64,000 bases of DNA from Alloascoidea hylecoeti (Eukaryota): assembly GCA_001600815.1 (NCBI GenBank), contig BCKZ01000003.1, forward strand, positions 1,165,474 through 1,229,473. The letters are read 5' to 3'. The position numbers and the translations under genes were made by a program. Shown piece by piece: positions 10,822-24,650 of this stretch. Under the pieces are notes generated by a model that was not told the DNA's origin, did not search any database, and worked only from the letters and a program-made list of their open reading frames with translations. The stretch's first letter is position 1. Each line of letters starts with the position of its first letter.

Positions 10822-11950
10822 CAGACGACATTCTTCACGTATAGGCGCGTCTTCTATAGTTAATTATGTATTAAATTCAATAGCTATAAGATTTTTAGAA
10901 TATATACTATACAGGTAATAAAAAATTACAATAAATATAATATTGAACAATGATAAACTTATGACCTGATTAAAGGAAGGAAAACAATTTGATCTTTCTT
11001 CTGCTTGATGAATTCGAATATAATCATGTTAAAGAATCTTGTTATATTACGTTTGTTTTCTTACTTGGATCCCTAGAGAAATAATATGGGGATGGCAATT
11101 TAAATATTTATTTTAGAATCTTTTATCCTAAAATTTCTCGGAACCCCTATCTCGAGACTCAATTACAAGATAAGAATACCGGTATCCCTTTTCCAGCCCT
11201 TCAGTGTATCTGAAAGTGGCTTCGTGACTTTATTTGCATATTTATTTTCATATATTATACTGTGTTTGGATATCAATTCTCTCTTTTCAATGTTTTCATC
11301 AGTTTTTAATATTAGCTAGATAATGATGAATTAATTAATCATTAATTTAGGAAATTTATCACTTTATTTGGTTCTTTAGCTGAACATGATTCAGCCGAGT
11401 AGTCTAACATAATATCTCCATCACAGTTGCAACGTTAACCAACAAAACACCTGAAAAGAGTTCAATTCTTCAATAGGATAATAACTTGCTACTAATTAAG
11501 ATTTTCGGATTGCTTGAATGACTGCTGCTGAGATTGATGTTCTCCTAATAATTTGGATTACCAATTATTATTAAGTTAAAAATATTTAATTGCATAATTT
11601 GAAGCTCTAGCGATTAATTAATTACGTCGATAAATATATTTGAAGTGTTTGAATTGCCCTCATATACCTACATATACGTAATCGAGCTTCACTCAAGTAG
11701 TACTGTTTGATTGCTGAGGCTTAATTATAGCTCCACCACAATCGTCAGATGCTATTAATTACCGCAAGGTTTGCGGCTGATAATTAATAACTTTAAATAT
11801 ATATATGTTCACTGATAAATTGATTTTGGAGAATTCCATATTTATTGTTTAAAAGTTAAGAAGTCTTTTTACATGTAGCTAATACAGTAGTATTACAATA
11901 GCAATAATTTCATGATAAGTATATTGACCACGATCATTAACATTTGTTGG

Positions 11951-12000
11951 TCATACGCGCTTATACGCGTCTATACGCGTCTATATGCGTCTATACGCAT
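11951..12000. repeat. Five tandem 10-bp units (consensus CTATACGCGT) containing two perfect ACGCGT (MCB-like) sites
   Basis: tcatacgcgc ttatacgcgt ctatacgcgt ctatatgcgt ctatacgcat, about 270 bp upstream of the ATG26 start. Confidence 0.85.
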
Positions 12001-12271
12001 GCTCATAAGTTGTGTAGCAAATCTGGAAATAGTTGAGCATATTGCATATTATATCTCTATTGATAGAATCCTTTTAAGCCCTTATTATAAGTAGTTGTCA
12101 CTATAGATACGGTATGTAATGCAGGTCATTTCGTAAACTTTATTAACACCATCATTTTCATAACTGCCGATATAAAAACAAGCTTTTTCATATGATTATT
12201 TGCAAAGGAAAAAACTATTCAATATTTAAATATTATACCTCAAAGTTAGTTACCCATACAATATTTCAACA

Positions 12272-15200
12272 ATGCCAACAATAGAAGATGTTAAAGACCT
12301 GGTCCAAAAGACTACGAAGGGAAAACAAAGAGATGATGAAAAAGATGCCTGTGTTAGTTTAAGTAGCGGAAGTATTTTAACTATGATGAAACTATTTGAA
12401 GATTCATCCGCAGAATTCGACTCAAATCCAGATCTAGAAGAGAAATTAAAGAAGTATGGTCTTAAAGAGGATCCTGTTAAGCTAAGTGAAGAAGAGCATG
12501 GAGGTGATTTTTCGACAGACAGTATTAATGATAGTTTAGCATCGAGCGATGAAATACATAATCACGATGATGGTAATAACGAAGGTGAAGATAATGATAC
12601 AAATATTGATGATAAAGATGATGGCGAAGACAAAGATAAACAAGATGACGGCACTATAAGTCCAGAATCTAAACTTGATGTTAATGGAGATCCAACTATC
12701 AAAGAGAACGGAGATTCAAAGACTGTATCTATAGGTAAGAAAAGTAAGCAAAATTTTATTCCTAGTAATAAACTAGAATCATCAGTCTTGAAGTATTATG
12801 AAAAATTAGAAGATGCTACATGTATGGTTATTGGAAATAAAACACGATCTTTATGTGAAAAATTAAAGAAACATTTCGAAATAGATCCTCAGGAAGAGTT
12901 TGTAGCTGGTAAGTTCCTACCCATCATTTAATTTTTTTTAAAAATCACTATTCTAATATGCTAATTTTTAATAGAATATTCATCATGGCTTCTACGAGAT
13001 GTTTTAATTCAAGGCCATTTATATCTGACGACTACTCATCTCTGTTTTTTTGCATCCTTGCCCAGATCCCGTGGATCAATTATTTTCAGCTCAAAAATCG
13101 AAAAAAAAGATTCTATTGGTTCAACCAGATACTGGGGAGTTTTAAGTGATACAACATTATCACTTTATACAAGTCCAAGAGATTTATATTTTCCAGCTTC
13201 AAGAATTGATTTAAGAACAATTATAAGTGTTGAACCTTTAAAATCAAATTCTAGAAAATCATCATCAGCAAAACAAATCCTTGAAAATCCATTATCATCA
13301 TCACCGGGAACCCCCAAAACAAGAACAAGAACACCTACAGGAAGTGATTCCTTTTCAGAAGATGAAGAGGATAATCATGGAGTAGAAAATTCTAATTCAT
13401 TTAAAATAACGACAACCGATCAAAAATCAATCATTTTCCAGTGTGATTCAACACATAGTTCAAAAGTATGGATAAATTCATTACAAAAAGAAATTTTTCA
13501 ATCTAAAAATGTTGGTAATTATGTTTTAATTAAACTACCAATTCGTCTAATTATTGAAATTAGTGATACTCCAGCTTTTGATATTGGTAAAATTGCTATT
13601 TTAAAAGTTGAGAATGAGGAAGAAAAGAAATCTACAGATGAATATCATTTTATGTTTTTTCAAAAAGGTGAAGAAGCAATTGAAACCATTCAAAATTTAT
13701 TCGATTTAATACCAGAATCTGAACCACCTATATTTAAAGGGGATATACTTGATACAACTAGAAGATCGATTGATCATTTGGATACTGATGCCAAAAAAAA
13801 AGAAGAGACTGAACTTCATACGTCTTATTCTTTACCAAAGCCGTTGGAACGCCTTAGATCTGTGAATAGAAAGAGAAGATCTGAAACCTGTAATACTGAA
13901 TCTAATGTCAAATCTGAAGTTGGAGCAGAGCGATTTCCAACCCAAGGCCGATTATCAAATCCTGATAGTTTCGATTCCGATTCACAAGATTTGCTTGTAA
14001 CCAATCATGAACAAGAATCACATTCAAAAAGAAATAGATCAGTTTCAGGCTTATTAAAAAATCATTTGTTTCATCGATCTCGACCTTCATCGATAATTCA
14101 ATCACCCTCAGAAGAAAAAGATATTCCAATAGAATATAAAACAGCAGATTCATCTCCTAAGCCATCATCAAGAACATCCACTACTAATAATGAATCTAAC
14201 TCACGTTCATCACCAACCAATAACTCTAGATTTGTTAATATAGATTCGGTAATTAGTAAACTGAGTCATATTTTAGATAAAGATGGTCACGATGAAACAA
14301 ATAAAGAGAAAAATAGTGTTAGTACTGATGAAACAAATGCAAATGTAAAACTAAATAAAAATAATGATTCATCAGATCCAGAAGAAACATCAGATCATTC
14401 AGAAGAACATAAATCTTTTTGGATCACTAGAAAAGTAAATAATTCAATTGATAAAGTTTCTGAGATTTTTACTGGTGGGCCAAAACATTTCACTTCTGAA
14501 GGAAGTGATAAATCATATGATTCACATTATGTATCTAATTATAAAGAAGCAAGTCAAAGTAATGAACATTATAGATCACATTTTACATTACCTGATGAAG
14601 AAACATTAGTTGCTAGTTATTATACAAGATTACAACGAACTGTTATGATACATGGAAAGATTTATCTTGGAGTTGAATATATATGTTATAGAAGTATGAT
14701 TCCAAAAGTTAATATAAAAATGATTATACCATATACTGAAATTGAAAATGTTTGTAAAGAAACAGGTTTTAATTTTGGTTATTCTGGATTGGTTGTTGTT
14801 GCAAAAGCAAGACAAGAGATTTATTTTGAATTTACATCTCAATCAGCAAGAGATGATTGTGAAGATGTTTTAAATAAACAATTAGAAATACAAAGAAAAA
14901 AAATTAAAGAATTTGAAAATCATTCAAAATTTATTGCACCACAAAAAGTTTTAGATTCTGCAAGATTTGGAAATTATAAAGATTTATTAGGTTTACCAAC
15001 AGATATACCAATTATTATTGATGATATAACTTCAAAAGATTTTGTAAAAGTTGCTAATGAATTAAAACCAAAATATCGTTTTACTTTATTAACTATTGGA
15101 TCAAGAGGTGATGTTCAACCATATATTGCATTAGGTTTAAAACTTTTGAAAGAAGGCCATCATGTTAAAATTGCAACACATTTAGAATTTAAAGAATTGA

Positions 15201-16519
15201 TTGAAGGATATGGTATTGAATTTTCTAAAGTAGCTGGTGATCCTGCAGAATTAATGCAATTAATGATTGAACATGGATCCTTATCAATAACATTTTTAAA
15301 AGATGCAATGGGGAAATTTAAGAAATGGATTGATGAGTTATTACAATCAAGTTGGGAAGCATGTCAAGATACTGACATATTAATTGAAAGTCCTTCTGCT
15401 ATGGCAGGTATTCATATTGCAGAAAAGTTACGAATTCCATATTTTAGAGCATTTACAATGCCATGGACCAGAACTAGAGCATATAATCATGCATTTATTG
15501 TTTCTGAAAATAATAGAGGAGGATCTTACAATTATTTGACTTATGTTACATTTGAAACGATATTTTGGAAAGGAATAAATACCCAAGTCAATAGATGGAG
15601 AGTTAATACACTAGGAATTGGAAGAACTAATCTAGATAAAATGCAGCAGAATAAAATTCCATTTTTATATATGATTAGTGCAGTTGTTTTCCCACCAGCA
15701 ATTGATTTTAGCGCTTGGATAAAAGTCACTGGATATTGGGTTTTACCTCCTGATGATAGTTATGAACCACCAAAAGAACTTCTTAAATTTATAGATGATG
15801 CAAAAAGCACTGGTAAAAAAATTATTTATATTGGATTTGGATCTATAATAATTCAGGATCCAATTGCTTTGACCAAAGCAATAATAGAGGCAGTTGAGGA
15901 ATCAGGTGTTGCATGTGTTTTAACCAAAGGATGGTCACAAAAAGCAGTAGATAAAAAAACTTCTGAAGATAATGAAATTGATACTAAAGGTGATGAAATG
16001 TTAAAAGGAAATAAAAATGTTTTTTTAATTCCTTCGATTCCTCATGATTGGTTATTTCCAAGAATTGATGCAGCTATTCATCATGGTGGATCAGGAACTA
16101 CGGGAAGCTCTTTAAGGTTTGGTTTACCTACAGTGATAAAACCATTTTTTGCTGATCAGTTTTTCTTTGCAAATAGGGTGGAGAAATTAGGAGCAGGAAT
16201 ATTTTTGAAGAAACTTACACAAACAACGTTAGCTAAGGCCATCAAACAGGTAACACAGAATGAAACTATGATAAGTAAGGCTAAAGCTATTGGAGAAGAA
16301 ATATTCAAAGAAGAAGGGGTCAATGAAGCAGTTTTAACAATCTATAGAGATTTAGAATATGCTAGATCGCTCACGAAATCCCGAGCTCAAAAGAGTGTAT
16401 TGACTGAGAAAGAGAAGAGGGAATACGAAGAAGAAGAGGAAGAAGAAGCTGATGATGAAGATGATGAAGGTGATAATGTAGATAAAAAAGATGATAATAA
16501 TGGAGACTATTATATATAA
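12272..16519 (+). CDS. ATG26: Sterol 3-beta-glucosyltransferase (GRAM-PH-GRAM-UGT); exons 12272-12908 and 12975-16519
   Basis: Intron 12909-12974 (GTAAGT..TGCTAAT..TAG). Splicing yields EYSSWLLRDVLIQGHLYLT (GRAM). Catalytic motifs IGSRGDVQP, HHGGSGTTG, PFFADQ. Confidence 0.95.
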
Positions 16520-16819
16520 AAATAAGAAATCAACCCTAAAATTCTTTTTTGCTCCGCTTTTAGCCTTTAAAGTTTGCTTATATAATTCTCATATTCAATA
16601 TTTCTTATGTGTCTAATTTTTAGAAACAGCTTACGGGAAGTCACAAGAAATCCACTTTTTAAGATAAATAGGTGTGTTTACATAAGCCATATTTATATTT
16701 TGTTTTCATTTTACTTAACAATCACTTTTGTTCACGTTGTGATTCTCACATATGTGTACCGCGTACTATCCCCTCAACTCAATCAATCTTATATCCAATT
16801 TTAAGAAGACATTGTTGAG

Positions 16820-16962
16820 AGGAATTCTGGGAAATTCAAGCTTTGATTTTGACGTATCTTGCAGGATTAACCCGGGTGAACGTACGCGAAACTTCCGGAG
16901 TTTATTTTTTACTTGATTGAGATTCAGGATATAATTGCGGGAATCTTTGCCTATGTATCTTA
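16820..16962 (+). repeat. Dispersed repeat copy carrying the CCGGGT core and the block shared with 7563-7675
   Basis: CCGGGTGAACGTACGCGAAACTTCCGGAG (16872-16900) and TATAATTGCGGGAATC (16930-16945). Confidence 0.55.
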
Positions 16963-17375
16963 AATATAACATTATCAGTCAAACTCAGTGTTTAGATCAG
17001 TTCCTTTCACGTCTTTCTAAGGTGAAATATATATATTATCATTATGTTGAGAGTTACTAGTATAATCATAATTAAGTTGTAGCCAATATTTTATGTAATT
17101 CAAGTTTATAATATAATTAAACGTACAACAAGATTAATATTGACAATCAAACAAAACACACCAATAAAAGAAAGACAAAGGAATATATTTAATCAGTTGT
17201 CGATCTTCAACATATTAATGTCCTTAAAATGGTCCAAAAGACACCTTTTTATACTATTCCCTACGTCTGCGGCACGTGCGCAATATAACATCATCCAATG
17301 CATATTAATATTTAATCCTCCATGTCTCGTTCTTCTTTCCTTTTCCAACTTCTTCAATTGATCTTTTATTTCTCA

Positions 17376-19421
17376 ATGTCTACTCAATTGCAAAACGGAA
17401 TTCCCGAAATCGTTAGACAAGATCCATGGCTTACGCCTTATACTGATGCTATCAATACCCGGCTTAATCTCGTCAATGACTGGTTGGCGAGATTACAGCG
17501 TGATGAAGGGGGTATTTTGAAATTCTCTGAGGGTTTTAAAAAATATGGTCTCCATGTTCAACCAGATAATTCTGTGGTGTATAGTGAATGGGCTCCAAAT
17601 GCTATCAAAGCATCGTTAATTGGTGACTTTAACAATTGGGATGCATCTCTTAACACAATGAATCAAGATCCTTATGGTGTGTGGCATGTTAAAGTCCCTC
17701 CGACTGGATCTGGTCAAGTGGCGATCCCACACGATTCTAAAATTAAAATTAGATTGACCATACCAGGTGGTGAAGTACTTGATAGACTACCTGCTTGGAT
17801 ATCAAGGGTAACACAAGATCTTTCGGTATCATCCGTTTATGATGCTAGATTTTGGAATCCATCTAAAAAGTATCAGTTTAAAAATCCAAAACCTCCAAAA
17901 CCTGAAAGTATTAGAATTTATGAAGCTCATGTTGGTATTTCAACTCCTGAACCAAAAATTGGTACTTATAAAGAATTTACCGTGAATATGTTACCACATA
18001 TCAAAAAGTTAGGTTATAATACTATTCAGTTAATGGCCATTATGGAACATGCATATTATGCTTCTTTTGGTTATCAAATTACTTCATTTTTTGCTATATC
18101 TTCAAGATATGGTACACCAGAAGAATTAATGGAATTAATTGATACTGCACATGGTCTTGGTTTAACTGTTTTATTAGATGTTGTACATTCTCATGCTTCA
18201 AAAAATGTATTAGATGGTATTAATATGTTTGATGGTACTGATTATCAATATTTTCATTCTGGTCCAAAAGGAAATCATGAATTATGGGATTCAAGATTAT
18301 TTAATTATGGTAAACATGAAGTTTTAAGATATTTATTATCTAATTTAAGATATTATTTAGATACTTATGGATTTGATGGTTTTAGATTTGATGGTGTTAC
18401 TTCAATGTTATATAAACATCATGGTATTGGAACTGGATTTTCTGGTGGTTATCATGAATATTTTGGTGATTCTGTTGATGAAGAAGGTGTCAATTATTTA
18501 ATGCTTGCAAATCAATTAATTCATCAATTATCTTCTAATTATATTACAATTGCTGAAGATGTAAGTGGTATGCCAGGTTTATGTGCAACAATTAAAAATG
18601 GTGGTACAGGTTTTGATTATCGTCTAGCAATGGCTGTACCTGATATGTGGATTAAAATGTTAAAAGAGAAAAAAGATGAAGATTGGGATATTACAAATAT
18701 TGCTTATATATTAACGAATAGAAGATATAAAGAGAAAACAATTGCTTATTGTGAATCTCATGATCAAGCATTAGTTGGTGATAAAACTTTAGCATTTTGG
18801 CTTATGGATAAAGAAATGTATACAAATATGTCTGTTTTATCACCTTTAACTCCAATTGTTGATAGAGGTCTTGCTTTACATAAATTAATTAGATTGGTTA
18901 CACATGGATTAGGTGGTGAAGGTTATTTAAATTTCGAAGGAAATGAATTTGGTCATCCTGAATGGTTAGATTTCCCAAGACAAGGTAATGGTAATTCATA
19001 TCATTATGCAAGAAGACAATTTAATTTAATTAAAGATGAAAATTTACGTTATAAATTTTTAAATGATTTTGATTCAGAAATGCAAAATAAAGAAGAAAAA
19101 TTTGGTTGGTTACATTCAGATCAAGCATATATTTCATTAAAAAATGAATCTGATAAAATTTTAGTATTTGAACGTGCTGGATTACTTTGGATTTTTAATT
19201 TTCATTCAACAAATTCTTATGCTGATTATCGTGTTGGTATGGAAATACCTGGAAAATATAAAATTATTTTAAATACTGATGATGAAAAATTTGGTGGTCA
19301 TTCAAGAGTTGATAATAATACTGAATTTTTAACAACTGATTTAGAATGGAATGGTAGAAAAAATTTCTTACAAGTTTATATTCCTTCAAGAACTGCTTTG
19401 GTTTTGGCAAAACAAGATTAA
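17376..19421 (+). CDS. GLC3: 1,4-alpha-glucan (glycogen) branching enzyme, GH13
   Basis: [48 protein letters not shown]. Start taken as ATG 17376; an upstream in-frame ATG exists at 17322. Confidence 0.96.
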   Translation: MSTQLQNGIPEIVRQDPWLTPYTDAINTRLNLVNDWLARLQRDEGGILKFSEGFKKYGLHVQPDNSVVYSEWAPNAIKASLIGDFNNWDASLNTMNQDPYGVWHVKVPPTGSGQVAIPHDSKIKIRLTIPGGEVLDRLPAWISRVTQDLSVSSVYDARFWNPSKKYQFKNPKPPKPESIRIYEAHVGISTPEPKIGTYKEFTVNMLPHIKKLGYNTIQLMAIMEHAYYASFGYQITSFFAISSRYGTPEELMELIDTAHGLGLTVLLDVVHSHASKNVLDGINMFDGTDYQYFHSGPKGNHELWDSRLFNYGKHEVLRYLLSNLRYYLDTYGFDGFRFDGVTSMLYKHHGIGTGFSGGYHEYFGDSVDEEGVNYLMLANQLIHQLSSNYITIAEDVSGMPGLCATIKNGGTGFDYRLAMAVPDMWIKMLKEKKDEDWDITNIAYILTNRRYKEKTIAYCESHDQALVGDKTLAFWLMDKEMYTNMSVLSPLTPIVDRGLALHKLIRLVTHGLGGEGYLNFEGNEFGHPEWLDFPRQGNGNSYHYARRQFNLIKDENLRYKFLNDFDSEMQNKEEKFGWLHSDQAYISLKNESDKILVFERAGLLWIFNFHSTNSYADYRVGMEIPGKYKIILNTDDEKFGGHSRVDNNTEFLTTDLEWNGRKNFLQVYIPSRTALVLAKQD

Positions 19422-19791
19422 CATTTTAGATTAGAATAGAATATCTTATACGAATAGATAAGTGATACATGATGGAGGTTAAGAGGATTATTCATTTTTA
19501 AAATAAAGAGGAATTAAAATATATGCTACCTAGCTATAGGACTATGATAGTAATTATAAACAATAAAATCAATTTTTGGATCACATTTCATTTAATTCCG
19601 GCCATTTTCTTTGAATTAAATAATCACCTTTAATCATATGGTAGAATATTTTTTCGTGAACTTTAATAAGAGAAGGGACGCAGAATGATACAATGATATT
19701 AAGATTGTAAAATGGAATAATCAATACCATAGCTATAACTTAACCAAAAATAAAGAATTCTCTCGAATGTTTACAATCACAATTCTTTTTT

Positions 19792-19970
19792 GTTCTTAGC
19801 TCCAATGGTACATGTAGTTTGTTGTATACTAGATATTTCACTTGTATAATTTGATTATAAGAAATCTATTCACAATGGACTAACTTTTTAAAAATCATAT
19901 CTTCGGATTTAAACTATAAACAGTGTATCCCGGACGTTGTGTGGAATTTTATCCGGGTGTGAGCTCCATG
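19792..19970 (-). repeat. Dispersed repeat copy (pairs with 10673-10821)
   Basis: Shared blocks as listed for 10673-10821; core at 19928-19956. Confidence 0.6.
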
Positions 19971-21813
19971 AGTGTTAATTGTAGTCTCATTGTATCATTC
20001 TGGCACACTAACGTAGCCGAATATACTTAATTCAACAGTTGGTTATCTAGTTCAAAACTTGGCCAAGTTGTTGGTCGCAATTAAGTAGAATGACAGTATT
20101 TAATTCTACATTGTAAGTTCAATTGATGACAATGATTCTATCTAGTTCAATATTAATGAGATGAATATTATTATGCAAAAAAAAAAGAAGTATTTGATCT
20201 TATTCTATTGGTATCTGATGAGGATAATTAAGCAGAGCGTTGCAGATGTTCGATCAGTAATCTTAGACATTTCCCCGCAAATACTCATTGACCAATAACC
20301 ATTACAAGAAAACGTTTAATTAGTATAAATTCAATTTAAACGAGATAAATTTCGTAATTGTTTACTCAAAATAATTATTTCGTAAATCTCAACTAATAAA
20401 CCTCGTCGAAAACTCCCCAATCAATTAGATCTAGAAAGAGATTTGGATTTCCTTTTTTTAGCAATAAATTGATATTTAAAATTCGTGGAGTTAGTCTTAT
20501 AATGTATTCGCTTTTGAGCTATTATATTATACTTAAATTTGAAAGCTAAACCTGGAATTCACATATATATATATCCTTCGACTTCTCATTATTTTAATTA
20601 ATTAATGTATAATTGCTAATGTAAAAGTAATTGATTGATATTAAGATAATGATACGAACTCCTAGACCCGTTTCAAATGTAAATAATCCGATTCTAACAT
20701 TAATTATGAAATCAGGCTTTTATCAGATTATCAAATTTCAACTAATGCTGGAAGAATTAGATTACATTCGATACATTTTTATTTGTATAGAAAAGTTTAT
20801 TTCGTTACTATTAAACAGCCAATATCCTCCAATCAACGAAAAGGTTTTATATATCATTGCATGTTCATTGCATGTGCTAAACGGTTGTATACTTAATTTT
20901 GACTCTGATCTGAAGTGACGCTTCAACAGATTTAAGTTTTTTACCTTAAAAAAAAAAGACTTTCAATTAGCATGAGTATATGCCTAGGTGTAGAACCCAA
21001 GATGATAAAATATTCTGGTAAAGATAACGATAATTATCTCATTTTATAAACATGAAATGAAAGGTATTACAATTGAAAGATATGAGCAATTATCAAACTA
21101 TTGAAAACTGGAAGTTAAAATCAAATTTTAAACTGACTTGGGCATAATCTTATACTTGTGGGTTGTGATAGGCTGAAATCGGTTACGCATGGCCATAAAG
21201 GAACTCTAAAAAAGCACAATAAGTTAAAATTTCATCATGATTGAAAACCGAAAACATAATTTCTTTGAGAAAGAAGAATTGAAGAAATAATTTGTTTTGT
21301 GGCAATTATCCTTCAGAAAAAACACGAGAAGTCGGTATTATTTGGATGAAAGGACAGATGGATGAGATTACATAATCCTCGTAGATTGAAGAGATAACTT
21401 TATTTTGTTTTGTTGTTCCGTTCTCGGAGACACGGCGCTTGTGTTATATTCTACAGAGCTGAACAAGTCCGAGACCGGATTCTATTTATTCTCCTAAATT
21501 CTGTAGAAAGTGAAAAGATTTGTTATTTTTATTAATGATCTTTATAATATTTTATTCCACCTGATCAACTTTTATTCCTGTTTTGGATTTTTTGATCTTT
21601 CATAAATATTTTAATTATTTGGGCAGTTTAATTTTTAATTTTTGGTTTTGTGTTTGTGTTATAAAAATTAAGTTGACTAATCACCCCCAGATTTTTTCTT
21701 TTTTTCCTATAAAAACTTTAGAATTCCCCAAAACTTCCAAACCTGCTTTTTCTTCTCTTTTTAACTCCAACTTGGAATCATTAAAGAAATCTGAATAAAA
21801 AGGCATTTTCAAA

Positions 21814-24242
21814 ATGTTAGCTGCAAGATTTCAATTAAAAAAGGTATTATATCAATCGTCATAATGTAAAACGTATTTTTTTTTAACACTTTTTTTCTTT
21901 TACTCCAGCAATTTGCTTCATTAAATGTCCAAAGTCGACGATCATTAGCAACAGCATCATCTTTAAATCTTGATTCATTAGTTGAACAAAATCTATTAGA
22001 AAAAGGAAATTACATTAATTATAAAAAACATTTAGAAAATGTTAAAATCGTTCAAAATCGTCTTAAACGACCTCTTACATATGCTGAAAAATTATTATAT
22101 GGTCATTTAGATAATCCACATGAACAAGAAATTACTAGAGGAGAATCTTATTTAAAATTAAGACCTGATAGAGTTGCTTGTCAAGATGCAACTGCTCAAA
22201 TGGCTATTTTACAATTTATGTCTGCTGGTATGCCACAAGTTGCTACTCCAACAACTGTTCATTGTGATCATTTAATTCAAGCTCAAGTTGGTGGTATTAA
22301 AGATTTACCAAGAGCAATTGATATAAATAAAGAAGTTTATGATTTTTTAGCTTCTGCTTGTGCTAAATATAATATTGGTTTTTGGAAACCTGGTTCTGGT
22401 ATTATTCATCAAATTGTTTTGGAAAATTATGCTTTCCCTGGTGCTTTAATCATTGGTACTGATTCTCATACTCCAAATGCTGGTGGTATGGGTCAATTAG
22501 CCATTGGTGTTGGTGGTGCTGATGCTGTTGATGTTATGGCTGATTTAGCCTGGGAATTAAAAGCTCCAAAAATTATTGGTGTTAAATTAACTGGTAAAAT
22601 GAATGGTTGGACTTCTGCAAAAGATATCATTTTAAAAGTTGCTGGTATTACAACTGTTAAAGGTGGTACCGGTGCAATTGTTGAATATTTTGGTGATGGT
22701 GTTGAAACTTTATCATGTACTGGTATGGCAACAATTTGTAATATGGGTGCTGAAATTGGTGCAACAACTTCAACTTTCCCATATAATGATTCTCATTTTG
22801 CTTATTTAAAAGCAACTGGTCGTACAAAAATTGGTGAATTTGCAAATTTATATAGAAATAGCTTTTTAAAAGCTGATGAAGGTGCAGAATATGATCAATT
22901 AATTGAAATTGATTTAAATACTTTAGAACCTTATATTAATGGTCCTTTTACACCAGATTTAGCCACCCCTGTTTCAAAAATGAAAGAAACTGCTATCAAA
23001 AATGGTTGGCCATTAGAAGTTAAAGTTGGTTTAATTGGTTCATGTACAAATTCTTCTTATGAAGATATGACAAGATCTGCATCAATTATTAAGGATGCTG
23101 CAAAATATGGTTTAAAATCAAAAGCAATTTTCACTGTTACACCAGGATCTGAACAAATTAGAGCAACAATTGAAAGAGATGGACAATTGGAAACTTTCAA
23201 TGAATTTGGTGGTATTGTTTTAGCAAATGCTTGTGGTCCATGTATTGGACAATGGGATCGTCGTGATATTAAAAAAGGTGATAAAAATACAATTGTTTCT
23301 TCATATAATAGAAATTTTACTGGTAGAAATGATTCAAATCCTCAAACCCATGCTTTTGTTGCATCACCTGAATTAGTTACTGCTTATGCAATTTCTGGAG
23401 ATTTAGGTTTTAATCCATTAACTGATACTTTAAAAGATAAAGATGGTAATGAATTTAAATTAGCTCCTCCACATGGTGTTGGTTTACCTATTAATGGTTA
23501 TGATCCTGGTGAGGATACTTATCAAGCTCCACCTGCTGATAGATCACAAGTTAATGTTCAAGTATCACCAGAATCTGATCGTTTACAACTTTTAACTCCT
23601 TTTAAAGCATGGGATGGTAAAGATGTTTTTAAATTACCAATTTTAATTAAATCTTTAGGTAAAACAACAACTGATCATATTTCTCAAGCTGGTCCATGGT
23701 TAAAATACAGAGGACATTTACAAAATATTTCCAATAATTATATGATTGGTGCAATTAATGCGGAAAATGGTGAAGCAAATAATATTAAACATCGTTATAC
23801 TGGTGAATTTGATGGTGTACCAGAAACTGCTATTAAATATAGAGATGCTGGTATTAAATGGGTTGTTATTGGTGGTGATAATTTTGGTGAAGGTTCATCT
23901 CGTGAACATGCTGCTTTAGAACCAAGATTTTTAGGTGCTTTTGCAATTATAACAAAATCATTTGCTAGAATTCATGAAACAAATTTAAAGAAACAAGGTT
24001 TATTACCATTAAATTTTGTTGAACCTGAAGCTTATGAAAAAATTAATCCTGATGATGAAGTTGATTTAATTGGTGTTACAGAATTAGCACCTGGAAAAAA
24101 TTTAACTTTAAGACTTCATCCAAAAGATGGTTCTCCTTCTTGGGAAACTCCTTTATCACATACTTACAATGCTCAACAGATTGAGTGGTTTAAAGCTGGT
24201 TCTGCATTGAACAGAATGGCTGCTTTAGCTGCTGCTAAATAA
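21814..24242 (+). CDS. ACO1: Mitochondrial aconitase; exons 21814-21843 and 21909-24242
   Basis: Exon 1 [10 protein letters not shown]. Intron 21844-21908 (GTATTA..TTTAAC..CAG). Exon 2 in frame with [38 protein letters not shown]. Confidence 0.96.
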
Positions 24243-24650
24243 ATTACTACGTATACTACAATATATAAAACTTATACAATACAATTGTGATTACAATTAC
24301 AATTGATTAATAAATAATAGATTTTTTTAGTCTTAATTATAATGATCTTAGTTTTGTATATATATGTAGTAAAGTTGTTGTAAAACTGTCTGGACCTACA
24401 CCATTTGCGTGTCCACGGAATTTAAATGGAGTGAATAGTAGAAATTTAGGTGCTGTTCTTCTCAATATTTCTTACCAGCCACCTTACAAAAACTTCTCCA
24501 ATTTAAGTTATAAATACAAAACTTTAAATAAAAGAGAAGAAATATCACTCTTTGTTATTTCATATATTTATAAATATATTTTTGATCCCCCTTTTAAAAT
24601 TTAAAATCAGATTTATTATTACAATAAATATTTACAAATCTTGAAGAAAA

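Noticed and set aside
19910..19990. Short matches (TATAAACA, TTGTAGTCTCA) to the LTR at 40.1-40.4 kb
   Set aside because: The intervening and flanking sequence does not align, so it cannot be called a solo LTR.
20040..20170. Degenerate ~30-bp direct repeats (TCTAGTTCAA) and palindrome AACTTGGCCAAGTT
   Set aside because: Irregular and low-complexity; not a CRISPR-like array, and the context is eukaryotic.
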